Shown: positions 11,672 through 22,859 of the stretch, in pieces | Layout of the letters: every line of letters begins with the position of its first letter | How positions within the stretch are numbered: the first letter of the stretch is position 1 | Assembly (NCBI GenBank): GCA_002269645.1 | Contig: NIVC01001253.1 | Span: 62,001-126,000, forward strand | Direction: 5' to 3' | Origin: Macrostomum lignano | Lineage: Eukaryota | DNA: 64,000 bases | Program-made: the position numbers and the translations under genes | The notes under the pieces: model-generated | Seen by the model: the letters and a program-made list of their open reading frames with translations, nothing else | What the model was told of the DNA's origin: nothing | Database searches by the model: none

Positions 11672-13199
11672 ATAATCTAGATGGTTACACATATATATAA
11701 CCGGAAGAAACTCATGCGACTACAATTAAGGCACTCCAGCCGCAGAAGATTTTGGTGAGACTGGATGTCAAGTTTGTGCGCCTGAAGGGAATTGTTCAAG
11801 AAGTCCAGTGAGAAGGCACGTCAATTATCCGCCTCAGCTGCGTTTGAGCTTGCTAGCAAAGTATGAAGAAGTACTACTACTCACTTCCTTTTCTATGGGA
11901 AAACTAACCAGTTCGTCAAAATGCACAGAGTACTGTTGCCGGCACTAGCACCTGGCCATGCACCCGCTTTGACCCGTTATCACACCCGCTAGCTGCAGTC
12001 GTCTGCCAAGACCAACAGTGCAATTAGTGCCTGCGAAGCCGTGCCCAACCCGGGTCGGCCAGAATGCGGCGAATCTCTTCTCTTTTAACAGCGGCTCTTG
12101 CTAGTTTTCTTTCTTCTGCTTGTTGCTTTTTGGTTTGGCTTTGAGAAGAAGGCTTTTGTCCTTTCTGTTCTGGTTACGCCAGCTATTTGCCATGTTCCTT
12201 GTTCTGTTCTTTGCTTGGTGGTAGTGGAAGCTAATTCCATTAAATTCGAGTTTTACATGTACGTCCTAATCAAACAGTATCTTCTTGTGGTCTTTGATCG
12301 ATTTTATACCAATCGCAGTAAAAACACTAAATCACTATATAATGAAACTGTCTGCATATACGAGTAGGCTCGTAATTTCCTTTTTTTCAATTGCGATTGC
12401 GTTTATTAAAAATTATCAACTGGTGATATTGTAAGTTCCCGTCTTTTTCGGCACTACAGTTGGCAAATGCACAACTGAACTTTTGTAGTGTTCTGTTCAG
12501 TTTAATCGAGGCATGGCTCTAGATAGGCTTGTGACGTAGTCGAGCAGGTCAAATCACTGCACTCCGAAGCAGGCCACCGGATGGTACACTCCGCTGCATG
12601 GACCGTAGCGCGACGACTTCTTGCCAGACCTCTTGTCGGCGGAATTACCGCCCAGTCTGGCTCGGGCCTCAGCCAGGATGACGCGGAGAAAATCATTCAG
12701 CTCCGATGGTGGCTGCTGGAAAATTTCCGGCTTTTAATTTTAAACAACTATTGGCTGTAGCCAGGTCAACGCTGCTATAAGGCGGAGGTACTTACAGAAT
12801 CTTTAGACGCTGGTAATCGCATTGATTGGCTGACACCAGTCAGAGCTAAGATAATGATCAGCAACACAAAGATTACTTTGCCGCTCATTGTGTTTAATTA
12901 ACTAGAGAACTAATAAGCAGATTCGTTGGCAATAAAAGTCATGACTATTTAAAATGATGTCTCTTTTATATACGAGTAGGTTGTCTAATTATGATTGAGG
13001 AAGCGCTGCTACTGGCTGTCGTGACCGAGGGCGAATGAGATAGTTTCGACCCGAAATTCCTCAATCTTGATTGGTGATGGCAGCATCTGAATATGATCAG
13101 TTGTGTTATCCTCGTTGTGTGTTTAGGTAATATGTCGCTACATGTGCAATGATTCTAATTTACAGAAGATTAGGATGCTACTAGTTAAAAGCAGGGTTG

Positions 13200-14560
13200 T
13201 GTGCACCCTGGCGCACTTTAAGCGACATTGTCACACAACCGGCGAAAAGCATTGTTGTTGTTAAACGAGGGTTGGAAGCCGGGGGCTACCCGCGGATCAG
13301 CCCAGGGGAGGGCTCTGCCGCTGAGGGGCACCTCCAGGGGCCTAAGCCCGAGATACCCTCCTGATTGGACCCCGACGTCTTGGCCAGGGGGAATTTTTGG
13401 AGCTACTAGCCCAAGCCTATGGTACAAGACACCGCCAACCCAAAAGTGGAATCAGGGACGGTGCTAGGACCGAATCCACCCAGGCCACCACCCAGCAGAC
13501 AAGTCCTCGGAAGTGCGCTTCAAAAACAGAATTGGAATTGAAAATGTTTGGTATACTACTGAAAGCCGTCCAAGAGCGGGGAAAATCAGAAGTCTTGGAA
13601 AGGGCTTAACAATTGGAGCGAGTCTGGAAGGCTTGTATCCGAGGGCGAGTCTCCTATCAGGCTAGCGACCAAAAAACCTATAGGGCTGCAAGCCACAAGG
13701 GGTATCGCCTATCCAGCTCTATATTGGAGGCCAGGCCAAGGGGTCGGGAAGGGGCACAAGGAGCAAGAGGACACGGACTCAGCCGGTATCCCCGATTCGG
13801 GACGAACATCCTTCCCAGGACACCAATCCACTGTCAGGATGAGAGCCAGAGACACTTAGGCAGGGAGACAATCAGAGGAGCCAGCAGATGGACCAAGGAC
13901 AGAGCAGGATGGACCGGGCAGGGAGGGAAGAGCTCATAACTATAAAGATTGGAAGGCAAACTAATGGCCAGATAGAAGAATAAAAGCATTAAAGCAAAGG
14001 GATAAAACCGCGCTGGGATGCCAGCCCAGAAAAAAAGAATGGCAGAAAGGAGGAGCACCTGAATCCTACTAGCAGGCGGGCGGACCTGCAACCCGGGGCT
14101 CAGCCTCAGGGCTGGCATCAACTAGGCTCTACCGTACACCTTCGTGAATGGTCATTCTCTCCTGCAGGGCGGGTAAGACCGGGGGGCTCAGTCCCGTTCT
14201 AGCCACACTGCAGTCCAGAGTACACACTCACTCCAGGTACACCCCCCTAACCCAAGGCCGAGGGCCAATAAAATTGGAATGTACGAAAAAAAAATGGTAG
14301 GGTTATTTTTAGAACAGGCACAGCCCCTCCGGGGCGGACCCTTAGTTAATTGGGCTAGCATAAGCCAGGTCAATCGGATTGCGCACAACCCTAAGACAAG
14401 CTACCAGAGAGGCAGCCAGGGTAAAAACAGTCAGAGACCGTCTTTACGGAAAAGCATTACTGCCCATTCCGCCGACTCCCCTGAGTCACACATACTCACA
14501 TAGGAGTGTACAGCGGCCGTAACTTTATTTATCGTTAGGTAAGGTATGTACACTTTAATG
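13200..14560 (-). repeat. Dispersed repeat (also at ~55470-55650, plus strand) split by a 1195-bp insertion
   Basis: Reverse complements of ~14459-14560 and 13200-13253 join to give the contiguous sequence seen at 55470-55650 (CCTAACGATAAATAAAGTT...GGGAGTCGGCGGAATGGGCAGTAATGC|...CGCCGGTTGTG...GTGCACA). Confidence 0.7.
13254..14448 (-). mobile_element. Unclassified 1195-bp insertion, probably a non-LTR retroposed element
   Basis: Flanked by 10-bp direct repeat GAAAAGCATT (13244-13253, 14449-14458); minus-strand 3' end TAACAACAAC; no TIR and no recognisable protein. Confidence 0.55.
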
Positions 14561-14789
14561 TGCTTTGAGGGTTGGCCGTCAAGTTTGTTAATTGCACGAG
14601 CAGACCCAAGCCGAGATTCCAATTTAGTCCAAAAATAGTTAAAGTCGCTAAGTCACTAAAAGACACAAAAAGTTATTCAAATCTGCAAGGCTTAGCGCTC
14701 GTGATAGTGCCAAAATCGGGTAGGGTTGCTCGCTTAACAACAATTAAGTAGAGAAACTCAAAATCTTCATCTTCATCTTCATCTTCATC

Positions 14790-15075
14790 TTCAGGGCAGA
14801 CGCGTCAATTAATCACACAGAACCAAGTTATATATTTTATTTAAGAAATGAAGACTGTACAATGCCAAGTGCAAATCAATTTCAGTCCAGTCCGCTTAGC
14901 AAGAGAAAGAAAACCTAAATAAAGTTCAACGAGACTGCCAACGTAGCTAAAACACATTGAGTTGGCGGCTTGCACCCCCCATGGCTAACTGGCTGTTCAA
15001 ACTTGGTTTCTGAGCCTTGATGTACATAGCCTCGAGAATGTTCAATTTGTTTTCTTTGCTACAGGAATCGATAAC
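14790..15075 (-). mobile_element. Penelope-like element 3' fragment (GIY-YIG endonuclease C-terminus)
   Basis: Minus strand encodes IDSCSKENKLNILEAMYIKAQKPSLNSQ, matching the 'L.ILEALYIK..KPSLN' tail of PLE GIY-YIG domains. Confidence 0.6.
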
Positions 15076-15331
15076 GTTAAGGCGATAACGTTAGGGCGAT
15101 AACGATAACGATAAGAATACTGAATATCGGCACTAAAATATGCAGCGCATCAAGCAAATTATACATAAATGGCTATAATAGGAGCGTTGCATTTCAAAGT
15201 CTTAATTTAGCTTGCTTCTGCAACACAATAGTTCTAAAAGAATAAACAAAAATGTTAAAAATTTTCACGGAAATTTTAAATTCCAATAGAGTATCAATGA
15301 TCCTTGATTTATAGGTTTGTTCGTTGGCTTT

Positions 15332-16894
15332 TTAATCCAACGGGAAGACTCGCAGACAACTATTATGACAATCGGCAACAACTAGCAACTCACCTGATTC
15401 TGACTGCACAACAATCAAACCTAAGGGTTTTGAAAAAAAACTTTCTTCTTGCCGTATCCCACCAAAAGTCTGAAGAATTTCTCCCGAGCATAAAAACGCA
15501 CAAACTGTGTTATTCACAGCATCTGTGACGAACAGAACACCTCTGCTGTCCACAGCGACTTGAACAGGCCGGATCAATCTGCTATCGGCTTCGGCAGGAT
15601 AACTCGAGATCAGCTGACCGCTGATGGAGCATATTTTACGAATCTTGCCGAGACTATTATCTACCAGCAAAATCTTGCTTCCGTGTAGGGCGATCTCGTC
15701 AAAATTGTCACCAAGATGTGAAACGTCAAGTGAGCTCTCGAGATTTCCGGACTTTTTGCTGACTAAATTAACACCTTTTAAGTTCATATTTGACACAAAC
15801 AGTTTGTCCATGTTCCCGCAAATGGCATGAACTCCTAAAGCACTCAGGCCCAGGCTCTCTGTCGTGATTATTCGAGTAATTTCTCCGCTCAGGTCAGAAA
15901 CTGTCACAGATCGATACTGGCTCACGAACAGCATCTGCTTCTTATTGTCGCAGTGAAGTCCGGTGATAAATTCTCTCCAGTTCAGCTTTGAGTGGTACTC
16001 CAGCCTCTCGCTTCCATCGAGAGACACCACCTGCAAATAGTCTACTTTTTTCTCGTCAAATGAAATAAAGATGCTCGGTTGAGGCAGCGGCTTGGTGCCA
16101 GAGCTCGACTGTCCAGCCCTCACGATGCGACCTGCTGAGTCGGAGACGAATCCAGCAGTGTTTGAGCAGCAACACAAGAGACATGGTTGATCTTCAAGTT
16201 TGTCAATTGTAGTCATTGACCTGTTGGTCGAAGTCTGTCCGTCTCCGTCTTCAAGCCAGCACTGCTGCATCACGCTAGCCATATGCTTGTTGATGACGAG
16301 CTTCAGCTGCTGCACTCCTGCCACGACGTCTCCCACAGACCGAACGACCACATCCACATCACTACTGAGTCCATGACTCACCGAGCTTTGCCGCTCGCGC
16401 AGCTTCAAACGAGTCTCGTTAAACTTCGCCGATCGCTCACTGGCGTCTTCCAGCCACAGCTCGGTGGTGGCTGCAAGCTTCGCCATCTCCCGCACGTCTC
16501 CAGCCTCGGAAGCAGCCGTCAGGTCCTTCTCGCACTGCTCCGCCTCCGACGCGTCTCTCAGGTGATCAGCTACCGAGTCGTGCACCGCCTGCACTCGAGC
16601 CTCTGTCCGCTGCCGCCACTGTCGCAGCTCCTCCTCCAGCTCGTCGAACATCTCTCTAACGTCCTCGATCTCTGTTGCTAGCGCGCTCTGCTCAACTCGC
16701 AGCTGCGACGTGTCTGAGAAGTCCCTAAGAGCGCGCAGCTTCTTCATCAGGATGTCCTTCTGCTCAGTGAGCTTAAGCACCTCCTTGTCGAAGTGAACTC
16801 TGCACAGAGACACACCGGTTCGGGGTCCCTCATCGTGGATCGGTTTATTGCATGCCCTGATGCTGCACTGTGTGGCGTTCGCGTCTGACGACAT
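15332..16894 (-). CDS. Single-exon 520-aa TRIM-NHL-like protein: N-terminal C-x4-C-x15-C-x2-H knuckle, long coiled coil, C-terminal NHL/6-bladed beta-propeller
   Basis: Open ORF; heptad-rich E/K/R/L region aa ~36-205; NHL-type blades LIRPVQVAVDSRGVLFVTDAVNNTVCAF and FSKPLGLIV...LVVADCHNSCLRVF; no RING seen. Confidence 0.8.
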   Translation of the reverse strand: MSSDANATQCSIRACNKPIHDEGPRTGVSLCRVHFDKEVLKLTEQKDILMKKLRALRDFSDTSQLRVEQSALATEIEDVREMFDELEEELRQWRQRTEARVQAVHDSVADHLRDASEAEQCEKDLTAASEAGDVREMAKLAATTELWLEDASERSAKFNETRLKLRERQSSVSHGLSSDVDVVVRSVGDVVAGVQQLKLVINKHMASVMQQCWLEDGDGQTSTNRSMTTIDKLEDQPCLLCCCSNTAGFVSDSAGRIVRAGQSSSGTKPLPQPSIFISFDEKKVDYLQVVSLDGSERLEYHSKLNWREFITGLHCDNKKQMLFVSQYRSVTVSDLSGEITRIITTESLGLSALGVHAICGNMDKLFVSNMNLKGVNLVSKKSGNLESSLDVSHLGDNFDEIALHGSKILLVDNSLGKIRKICSISGQLISSYPAEADSRLIRPVQVAVDSRGVLFVTDAVNNTVCAFLCSGEILQTFGGIRQEESFFSKPLGLIVVQSESGELLVVADCHNSCLRVFPLD

Positions 16895-17257
16895 GTTTAA
16901 TGCTGAGATTTTAGCTGCTGAGCTGTGAAGGGCTTCTTCCGTATTTATGCCTGAGCGGAGACTTTACTGAAACATATGAAAAAAACTGTTTTATATGATC
17001 AACCTTCTGCAAGATAGTGAAATAAAACATTCTCTCCTCTTCCATGAATACGTTTAGATTTGGGGGAAAGGACTGTACAAGCTTTTGCAGGAAACGATCA
17101 AAATTGACCCAGAATTGCACGCAGACAGCAGACGGAGGGAGAGAGGTTGGTGTTTTATGTAGATAAGATTTTGTACAGAAGGCGTAAAAGTGTGTACATA
17201 GTCTTTCTGCAGTTTCTGCTTTGCCAACTTGTGAAATCGTGTAAATAAAATTGAACT

Positions 17258-17565
17258 GGGGTTGTAGCCTAGTGGTTAAAGCGGCGGACTCATGACTGAA
17301 AGATCGGGGGTTCGATTCTAGACCCACTCGGAACTAATTGTGTGCTTGAATAAGACACTTAACTTATCTTTGCATTGCTTCAATTTACCCTGCTGTAAAT
17401 GGGTGCCAGCATTAGCTAAGGTAAATGAGGCTGAGTGTGGCGGTCCACCAATCCTTCGTCTGAAGAGTCGTACGCAGCCTTCAGATACGCCGCGTAATTG
17501 CTATGGGTAAGCTGTTGGTTGCACATGTGAAAATTAGGGCAGGTGTAATCCATTAATATTACTAC
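17258..17565 (+). mobile_element. tRNA-derived SINE with CORE-like domain (paralog of 6109-6427)
   Basis: A box TAGCCTAGTGG, B box GGTTCGATTC, AAGACACTTAAC...CTGTAAATGGGTGCC segment. Confidence 0.78.
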
Positions 17566-18049
17566 AGTTTATCAACAGCAGTGTATACTTATGTGCAGTC
17601 AGATGCGCAAAAAGAGAACTTCATCCAGGCTTTACTTATGCCAGCTTTTAATACAAAGCATTTTAAAAAGGTTAATATAATTTTGCGCAATTTTTAAATG
17701 GTCTCTTATTGATGCAATCTAGACAACCCCACACTAGCTATTGCCAATTCTAAAAAACAGTTGTTCTAACGAATTACAGTCTTACAAATACAGATCTCGA
17801 TTTCTTTGAATCAAGCATGCTATGATTTGGTGACCTTAATTCTCCTGTTCATGCCGAATTCCCCTATATTCAGTTGTTAACAATATTTATTGAGTAGACA
17901 TTGTGCTGCCGTTGGCTGCAAGAATCATTAAAATGATGCCAATATCCAGCCAAACGGTTCTGCACAATTGCTTTAGACTGAATGGCGTTGCAGTCCTCCA
18001 TACGCTACGATAGCTGATAAGTTCGTCGCAGTATGGCTTAAGCGATTCT

Positions 18050-18380
18050 GCTCAAACTGGCTGCAGAAGGCCGTCGTGCTCTGCGTGCTGGATGACGTCG
18101 AGGCTGAAAGGTTGTGCCGAGGCGCAGATGACAGGTGAATGAGGTCTCTGACCAAACCAAAGCTTACAGTTCATCTACCCTCTGCATTCCGGTTTCCGGT
18201 GTCTGCGAGGATTTGCACAGCGTCGCCATGGACTTTCTTGAGCTGCCCCTTTCGGTCTGTGAGGGTTGTCCTGAAGTCTGAGGCCCCATCTGACCGCCTG
18301 AGAGTGGCGATGTTCCAGGCGGTGGTCGAGACCGTCGCACTATACAACGCAGAGCCATGGATGCTGACGGACGGCCTTCG
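18050..18380 (+). mobile_element. Decayed RTE-like LINE RT relic (paralog of 6990-7385)
   Basis: FRSVRVVLKSEAPSDRLRVAMFQAVVETVALYNAEPWMLT in ORF 18139..18462. Confidence 0.6.
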
Positions 18381-18785
18381 TGTTTCGGCAACGAGCGAGA
18401 TTACAGCGCGGCACTGTATCACCGTGCCGGCCTTTCAAGCCGAGGCTGGGGCACAGATATAGCACAGATACGCATTTGTACTACTGTTAGTAATTTAGTC
18501 CGGGGAGGAAATATTGATAGTCAGGCTATTAAAGGTTTTAAACTAATGTTTTTGGAAGTAGTAAAGAGTTGGACCACCAACTGAAGAGAGGAAAAGGTTA
18601 AAAAAATAGGCGTCCATTTTAATTATCTGCATGCAATTAAAAATTGGATTGGTGTGGTGCATTCTTTAATTCTACATACAGGGCTTAGGGGGACCTCAGG
18701 AATCTCAGGCTTCGGGCAGCGAAGTGTCAAAATTAGCGACGTGAAATATTAACATTATCACATCAACGATCCACCAATGCTGATG

Positions 18786-18833
18786 CAAGGACTACCGTAC
18801 TAGACTACAACAAAGTGTTCCTAGTGGTCCTTG
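18786..18833. mobile_element. 48-bp miniature inverted-repeat insertion with 8-bp TSD
   Basis: Ends CAAGGACTAC/GTGGTCCTTG; TGCTGATG (18778-18785) / TGCTGATA (18834-18841); the paralogous site at ~7952-7959 has a single TGCTGATG and no insert. Confidence 0.8.
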
Positions 18834-21148
18834 TGCTGATACTGACTTAGAATTTGGAGGGAAATGCTGACTGGGGCCAGACTGAGGCAGACAGTGTGTG
18901 AGAGAGAGAGACGCCAAACAAAAGAAACGACCCTTCAGCCAATTAGCGTGCCCGCCGAGCAGATCTGATTGAATGGGGGCTAGAGCGAAAAGCACAAACT
19001 CACAGGCCCAGCTAATCAGAGGCCGTCGCGGGTAGTAGAGAGAAAAGAAAAACACAAGCCCAGCCAATCAGTAGCCGCCGCGGCGGAGGACTCAAGCCGG
19101 GCCGGGACTGGTCTGGGGATGGCCGTCTAGGGCGCACGCAAAAAATTCGAACGACCAAGTGCAAGAGCACTCAAGAGGCCAGACGCCACAATATCTTTAT
19201 AATTACATAAAGAATATTAGACGGGCCTCAGTTTAATAAAGTAAATAAATGCCAAATTTCAGCCAGCCACGTACGCAATCGATTCTAAAGCAATTGTGCA
19301 GAGCCTTTCTACGAGTAGAACTGCTTCTCCGCCCCCGTGCATCTGATGTAACTCCTTTCACAGCTTTTCATTTTCTGCCTCTGGACTTTCACACCTTCCC
19401 TTTCCTTTACTCCCTTTTTAGTCGCTTGCTCCTGTCTCTTGGCTGAGTGTTATCATTGCTACTTGTACATGTAGCAATATATTCAATACTTATTCTTCCC
19501 TGTCCCCGGCTTAATGTTTTTTTTTTCATACTGGTAAACGTGCCTCGATCACTCTATGCTCATTAATTTAGTTAACTCCTATTTCTACTCGTAGTACTCA
19601 ATCGCATTAACAGGTTTTAACACATATGTTACTAGTATTAATCTCTCTGCACTCCCCACTCCAATCTGAGTCCAGTCCACTCCTAAGGACCATATTCGGG
19701 GGTTTGATAATACACGAGATAACATGAAAAATCTCTGAATTTCTTATGCGAGTGCTGGTCTGTCCGTCACGATGCTGACTTCTACAGACTGTAAGGTTTG
19801 GGCTGGTTTCTGGCCCGTGCAACATTCCGAAGCGCCGACGACGTACCCAAGTCCCAATGTCGATGAATGTCGCTTGATAATAAGTATTTCTACATTACGC
19901 CGACGGATAACGATGTTATAAGTCGGTTAAACGTCATTGTAATGTAAAATTAAATATTTTAGAGCGACGTCGGATTGTTTTTCGGGTGCTGCTTCTTCAA
20001 TAGTGTAGGAAGTCTGACAAGCCGTGTGAGTTTGCTTGGATCGATACAGATAGCAAAGTTCCAAATACGAGTCAATGCCAATGCGTGTATTTAAATATTA
20101 GTCAATGGGGGTTGGCGCGTGCATGGTTAGAGAGTTGAATGTACGCCGATATAGAATGACACTGCTAAGGCGCAAGCCTACAAATAGTTTCACTTTGACG
20201 CCCGGCTTAAGATGTGTCTTCTATTCCTTATACATGCAGATACTTAGTGATAGCCTCGCTAAAGCTTACCATGTTCGATTTAAAATTTTCTCTTTGATTT
20301 TCTAATTTAGGCTGCTGTAGCGTTCACAGGATGCCGTATAGTTCTATCAATGTCAATCAAAAAGCAATCAGCAATGCATATCAAGCTGTTCGGAAGATTA
20401 AGTTTTCATCGCATCTGTTGCCCTAAAACAGCATGCATAATTGTCTTTATAGCAATCAGAAATTTTAACCTCATTCGTGTTTGAAACGATCTCGACAACT
20501 GTCAGATAATGCAAGGGAAAGACACCATATGACAAGAATGGAAGAAAGGAAACTTGTCATTCAAGCCGTTAAAGAAAAGGTCTTCTCAAAGAGACGAGAC
20601 AAGCTTTTCCCTGCGGCTTACATACATCTAAAATATTCATACTGCGCGGAGCAACCAGCTGCATGGGTCTTGTTAAAAAGATTTCCCGGGCGAGCGTTGT
20701 ACTTTTTTAGAAAATAGCTCGTATCTGCTCCGTTCTCTGCGAGGCTCTTCAGCCATGCCCAGCTGAGCAACTGCAAGGCGGCAGTTGCGAAAGGTACGGG
20801 TTCAAATCTTCTACCCAATGTGGTTCTTGGATACTCGAAAATTATCTTTATGATTCTTGCAACGACTGTTTTAGGCACAAATATATCAGGCCGTGGTTTC
20901 GATAAGAACGGCTCTTAGCCTTTAGTCATTAAAATGATCGACCTTGTTGGTTAGCTTGACTCAGAATCGATGGAAAGCAGCGACTTTCGCTACTTTACTT
21001 TGTAATATTCGTCTCAGTGCATACAGATTTACGCACAATTTACAAGGTAGAGTCAATTCAAATGCTACTAAACTATAACGAAACGTTCTTAGTGGTCCTT
21101 AAGTCAATTATGTCAATACGTTAAGTCCATTAGTAAAAGCGATCGTCT

Positions 21149-21246
21149 GTTCAGGTAGAGGGCGACTCTCACTACGGCCATCCCTGAGTACTCCTGCAGG
21201 TGGTCACGCATGTTGCCGGATCCGATGCAGCTGCCCAGCTCTAGAA
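21149..21246 (-). pseudogene. Small fragment of the LamG/ConA-like gene family
   Basis: Minus strand reads FLELGSCIGSGNMRDHLQEYSGMA, closely matching ~26328-26425 (FLELSSCIGSDNIRDHLQEFSVMH). Confidence 0.7.
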
Positions 21247-21414
21247 GTATAGTTTTACCTGGGATTCTATTCATCATAAAAATCTATATTTGAAAAAGAA
21301 AAGTTCCTCTTTACTTTTATTTTTATCAAATGTTTTCATAATCGTCAATTACACTGGGAATTTTAAACACTGAATATATAATGCGTCACAATGCATCATG
21401 TTGCTATCGTAAAA

Positions 21415-22416
21415 TCAGAACTGGCCGAAGAGCTGGCGGATTTCGTCCTCAGTCAGCACCGTGGTGGCCACGCCTACAGCCCTGACCACGTCGTCGAGCA
21501 GACCGGATGAGTACCGCCAGCCGATCTTGATGCCAGCACCGGCTTGGCTGTAGACAACGGTTTGCATTTTGTTGATAGTCTCCGGCACAAACGCAGACTC
21601 GAAGAAGAATTTGCACCTGGGCGCCAATCTGTTGAACGCCAATCCAACAATGAAGAACTGATCAGGATCGGAGGGCAGCACAGAGCCGGTTTGGTAAGCC
21701 ATGGGTGCACCTGGAAACAGGTGCAAACAGCGCTTCAAACCAGGAACGTTGCTGTACTCCCAGAAATGATCGGTTGGGCCACCTCCTGTTTCAGAATCTG
21801 CAGACAGCTCCATAAAACATTGGTCACCCGGTTTTCTCTTCAGGTGTAGCGCCCAGGTGTAGGACGCCGTGAAGTCCAGACCTGTGGGGTCGTCCACCCA
21901 AAGCCGAGACGAGACTCCGTCCATGCGAGCGCCTTCGTTCATCCACGAGAACGAAAAGCCGAGACGCTGGACTTCATGGGGTTCCTCTGTCCCTCGGAGC
22001 CGCACACCATGTTCTCCAGCACCGGTCCCCTGTCTCCGACCCACACAGCGCTGAAGTGCTCGTTCGCAGCGATCGCGTCGTACTCCGAGTCCACCACAGT
22101 TTCGCAGGTGCTCTCAGCGGCCACTCCCGCAGTCGGTGTCGTCCAGTTGATCGAGCTCATGTTGAGCAGGCGGCACACCTCACCACACGTCTCGCTTGTT
22201 CCGCTGCACCACGCCGACGCTGCCGAGACGGAACGACTGACTCGACACGAAGCAGTCGAGCAGGGAGGCGGAGAGTTGCGGCGTCTGCCACACACACACC
22301 GACAAGTTCAGGCTGTCATTGTTGGCTACTCTGTGCTGTGCAATTTTGTCTCCGTTCACACAGTCAGAGTCCGAGAGCAGGGCGCACAGAACAGCGAGAT
22401 GTAGGAGGCTGGACAT
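21415..22416 (-). pseudogene. Secreted protein gene (signal peptide + Cys-containing PAN/apple-like segment + LamG/ConA-like domain) with two apparent frameshifts
   Basis: Three consecutive frames: MSSLLHLAVLCALLSDSDC...SLLDCFVS (22180..22473), CRLLNMSS...ENMVCGSEGQR (21939..22295), ...WMNEGARMDG...IKIGWRYSSGLLDDVVRAVGVATTVLTEDEIRQLF (21415..22044; LamG_3-like C-terminus). Frameshifts could be assembly indels. Confidence 0.6.
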
Positions 22417-22859
22417 TTTGTGGCGCATTGCAAGCTTTTGTGAGTCTGTCTGTATTAAGAGTCCCGGCATCAAATCCCATCGCAGTTTTTAACTTTTTGG
22501 CTGATCAGTGAAAGTGCCCGGATTGGCTTAAGCAGCTTATAGGCTACATCAACTTGGCAACTGGTAGATCTTTCACCCCTTAGTGCGTTCAGTGACCGAA
22601 GTGAGAACTCGCCCTGCGAATAAGCTGTAAGGAGAGTTGGTGCCACATTGTCACAGATAGGCTAGAAGATAGAGGCAAATGGATACAGGAGACACAAACA
22701 GAATGCTAGCAACTTATGGATTAGTCTAGTGCCCAAATTCAATCTTCAATAACATTTTCTTTGGAGTGTGAAAGTGCTCTCCAACATGATCTCCAACCAT
22801 ACGGTCACCACACAACTGCTTTGGCAAACTGCCTCCGCCAGAGTCTGTAAGGGAGGAAG

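Larger units (their letters stand above)
15155..18855. repeat. Segmental duplication, copy 2
   Basis: Colinear with ~3180-7985 (minus the hAT MITE, plus a 48-bp insertion). Confidence 0.9.

Noticed and set aside
20618-20878. Minus-strand 86-aa ORF with LAENGAD (ankyrin-like) and a GTAAGC donor-like site
   Set aside because: Single weak motif; no partner exons or other support
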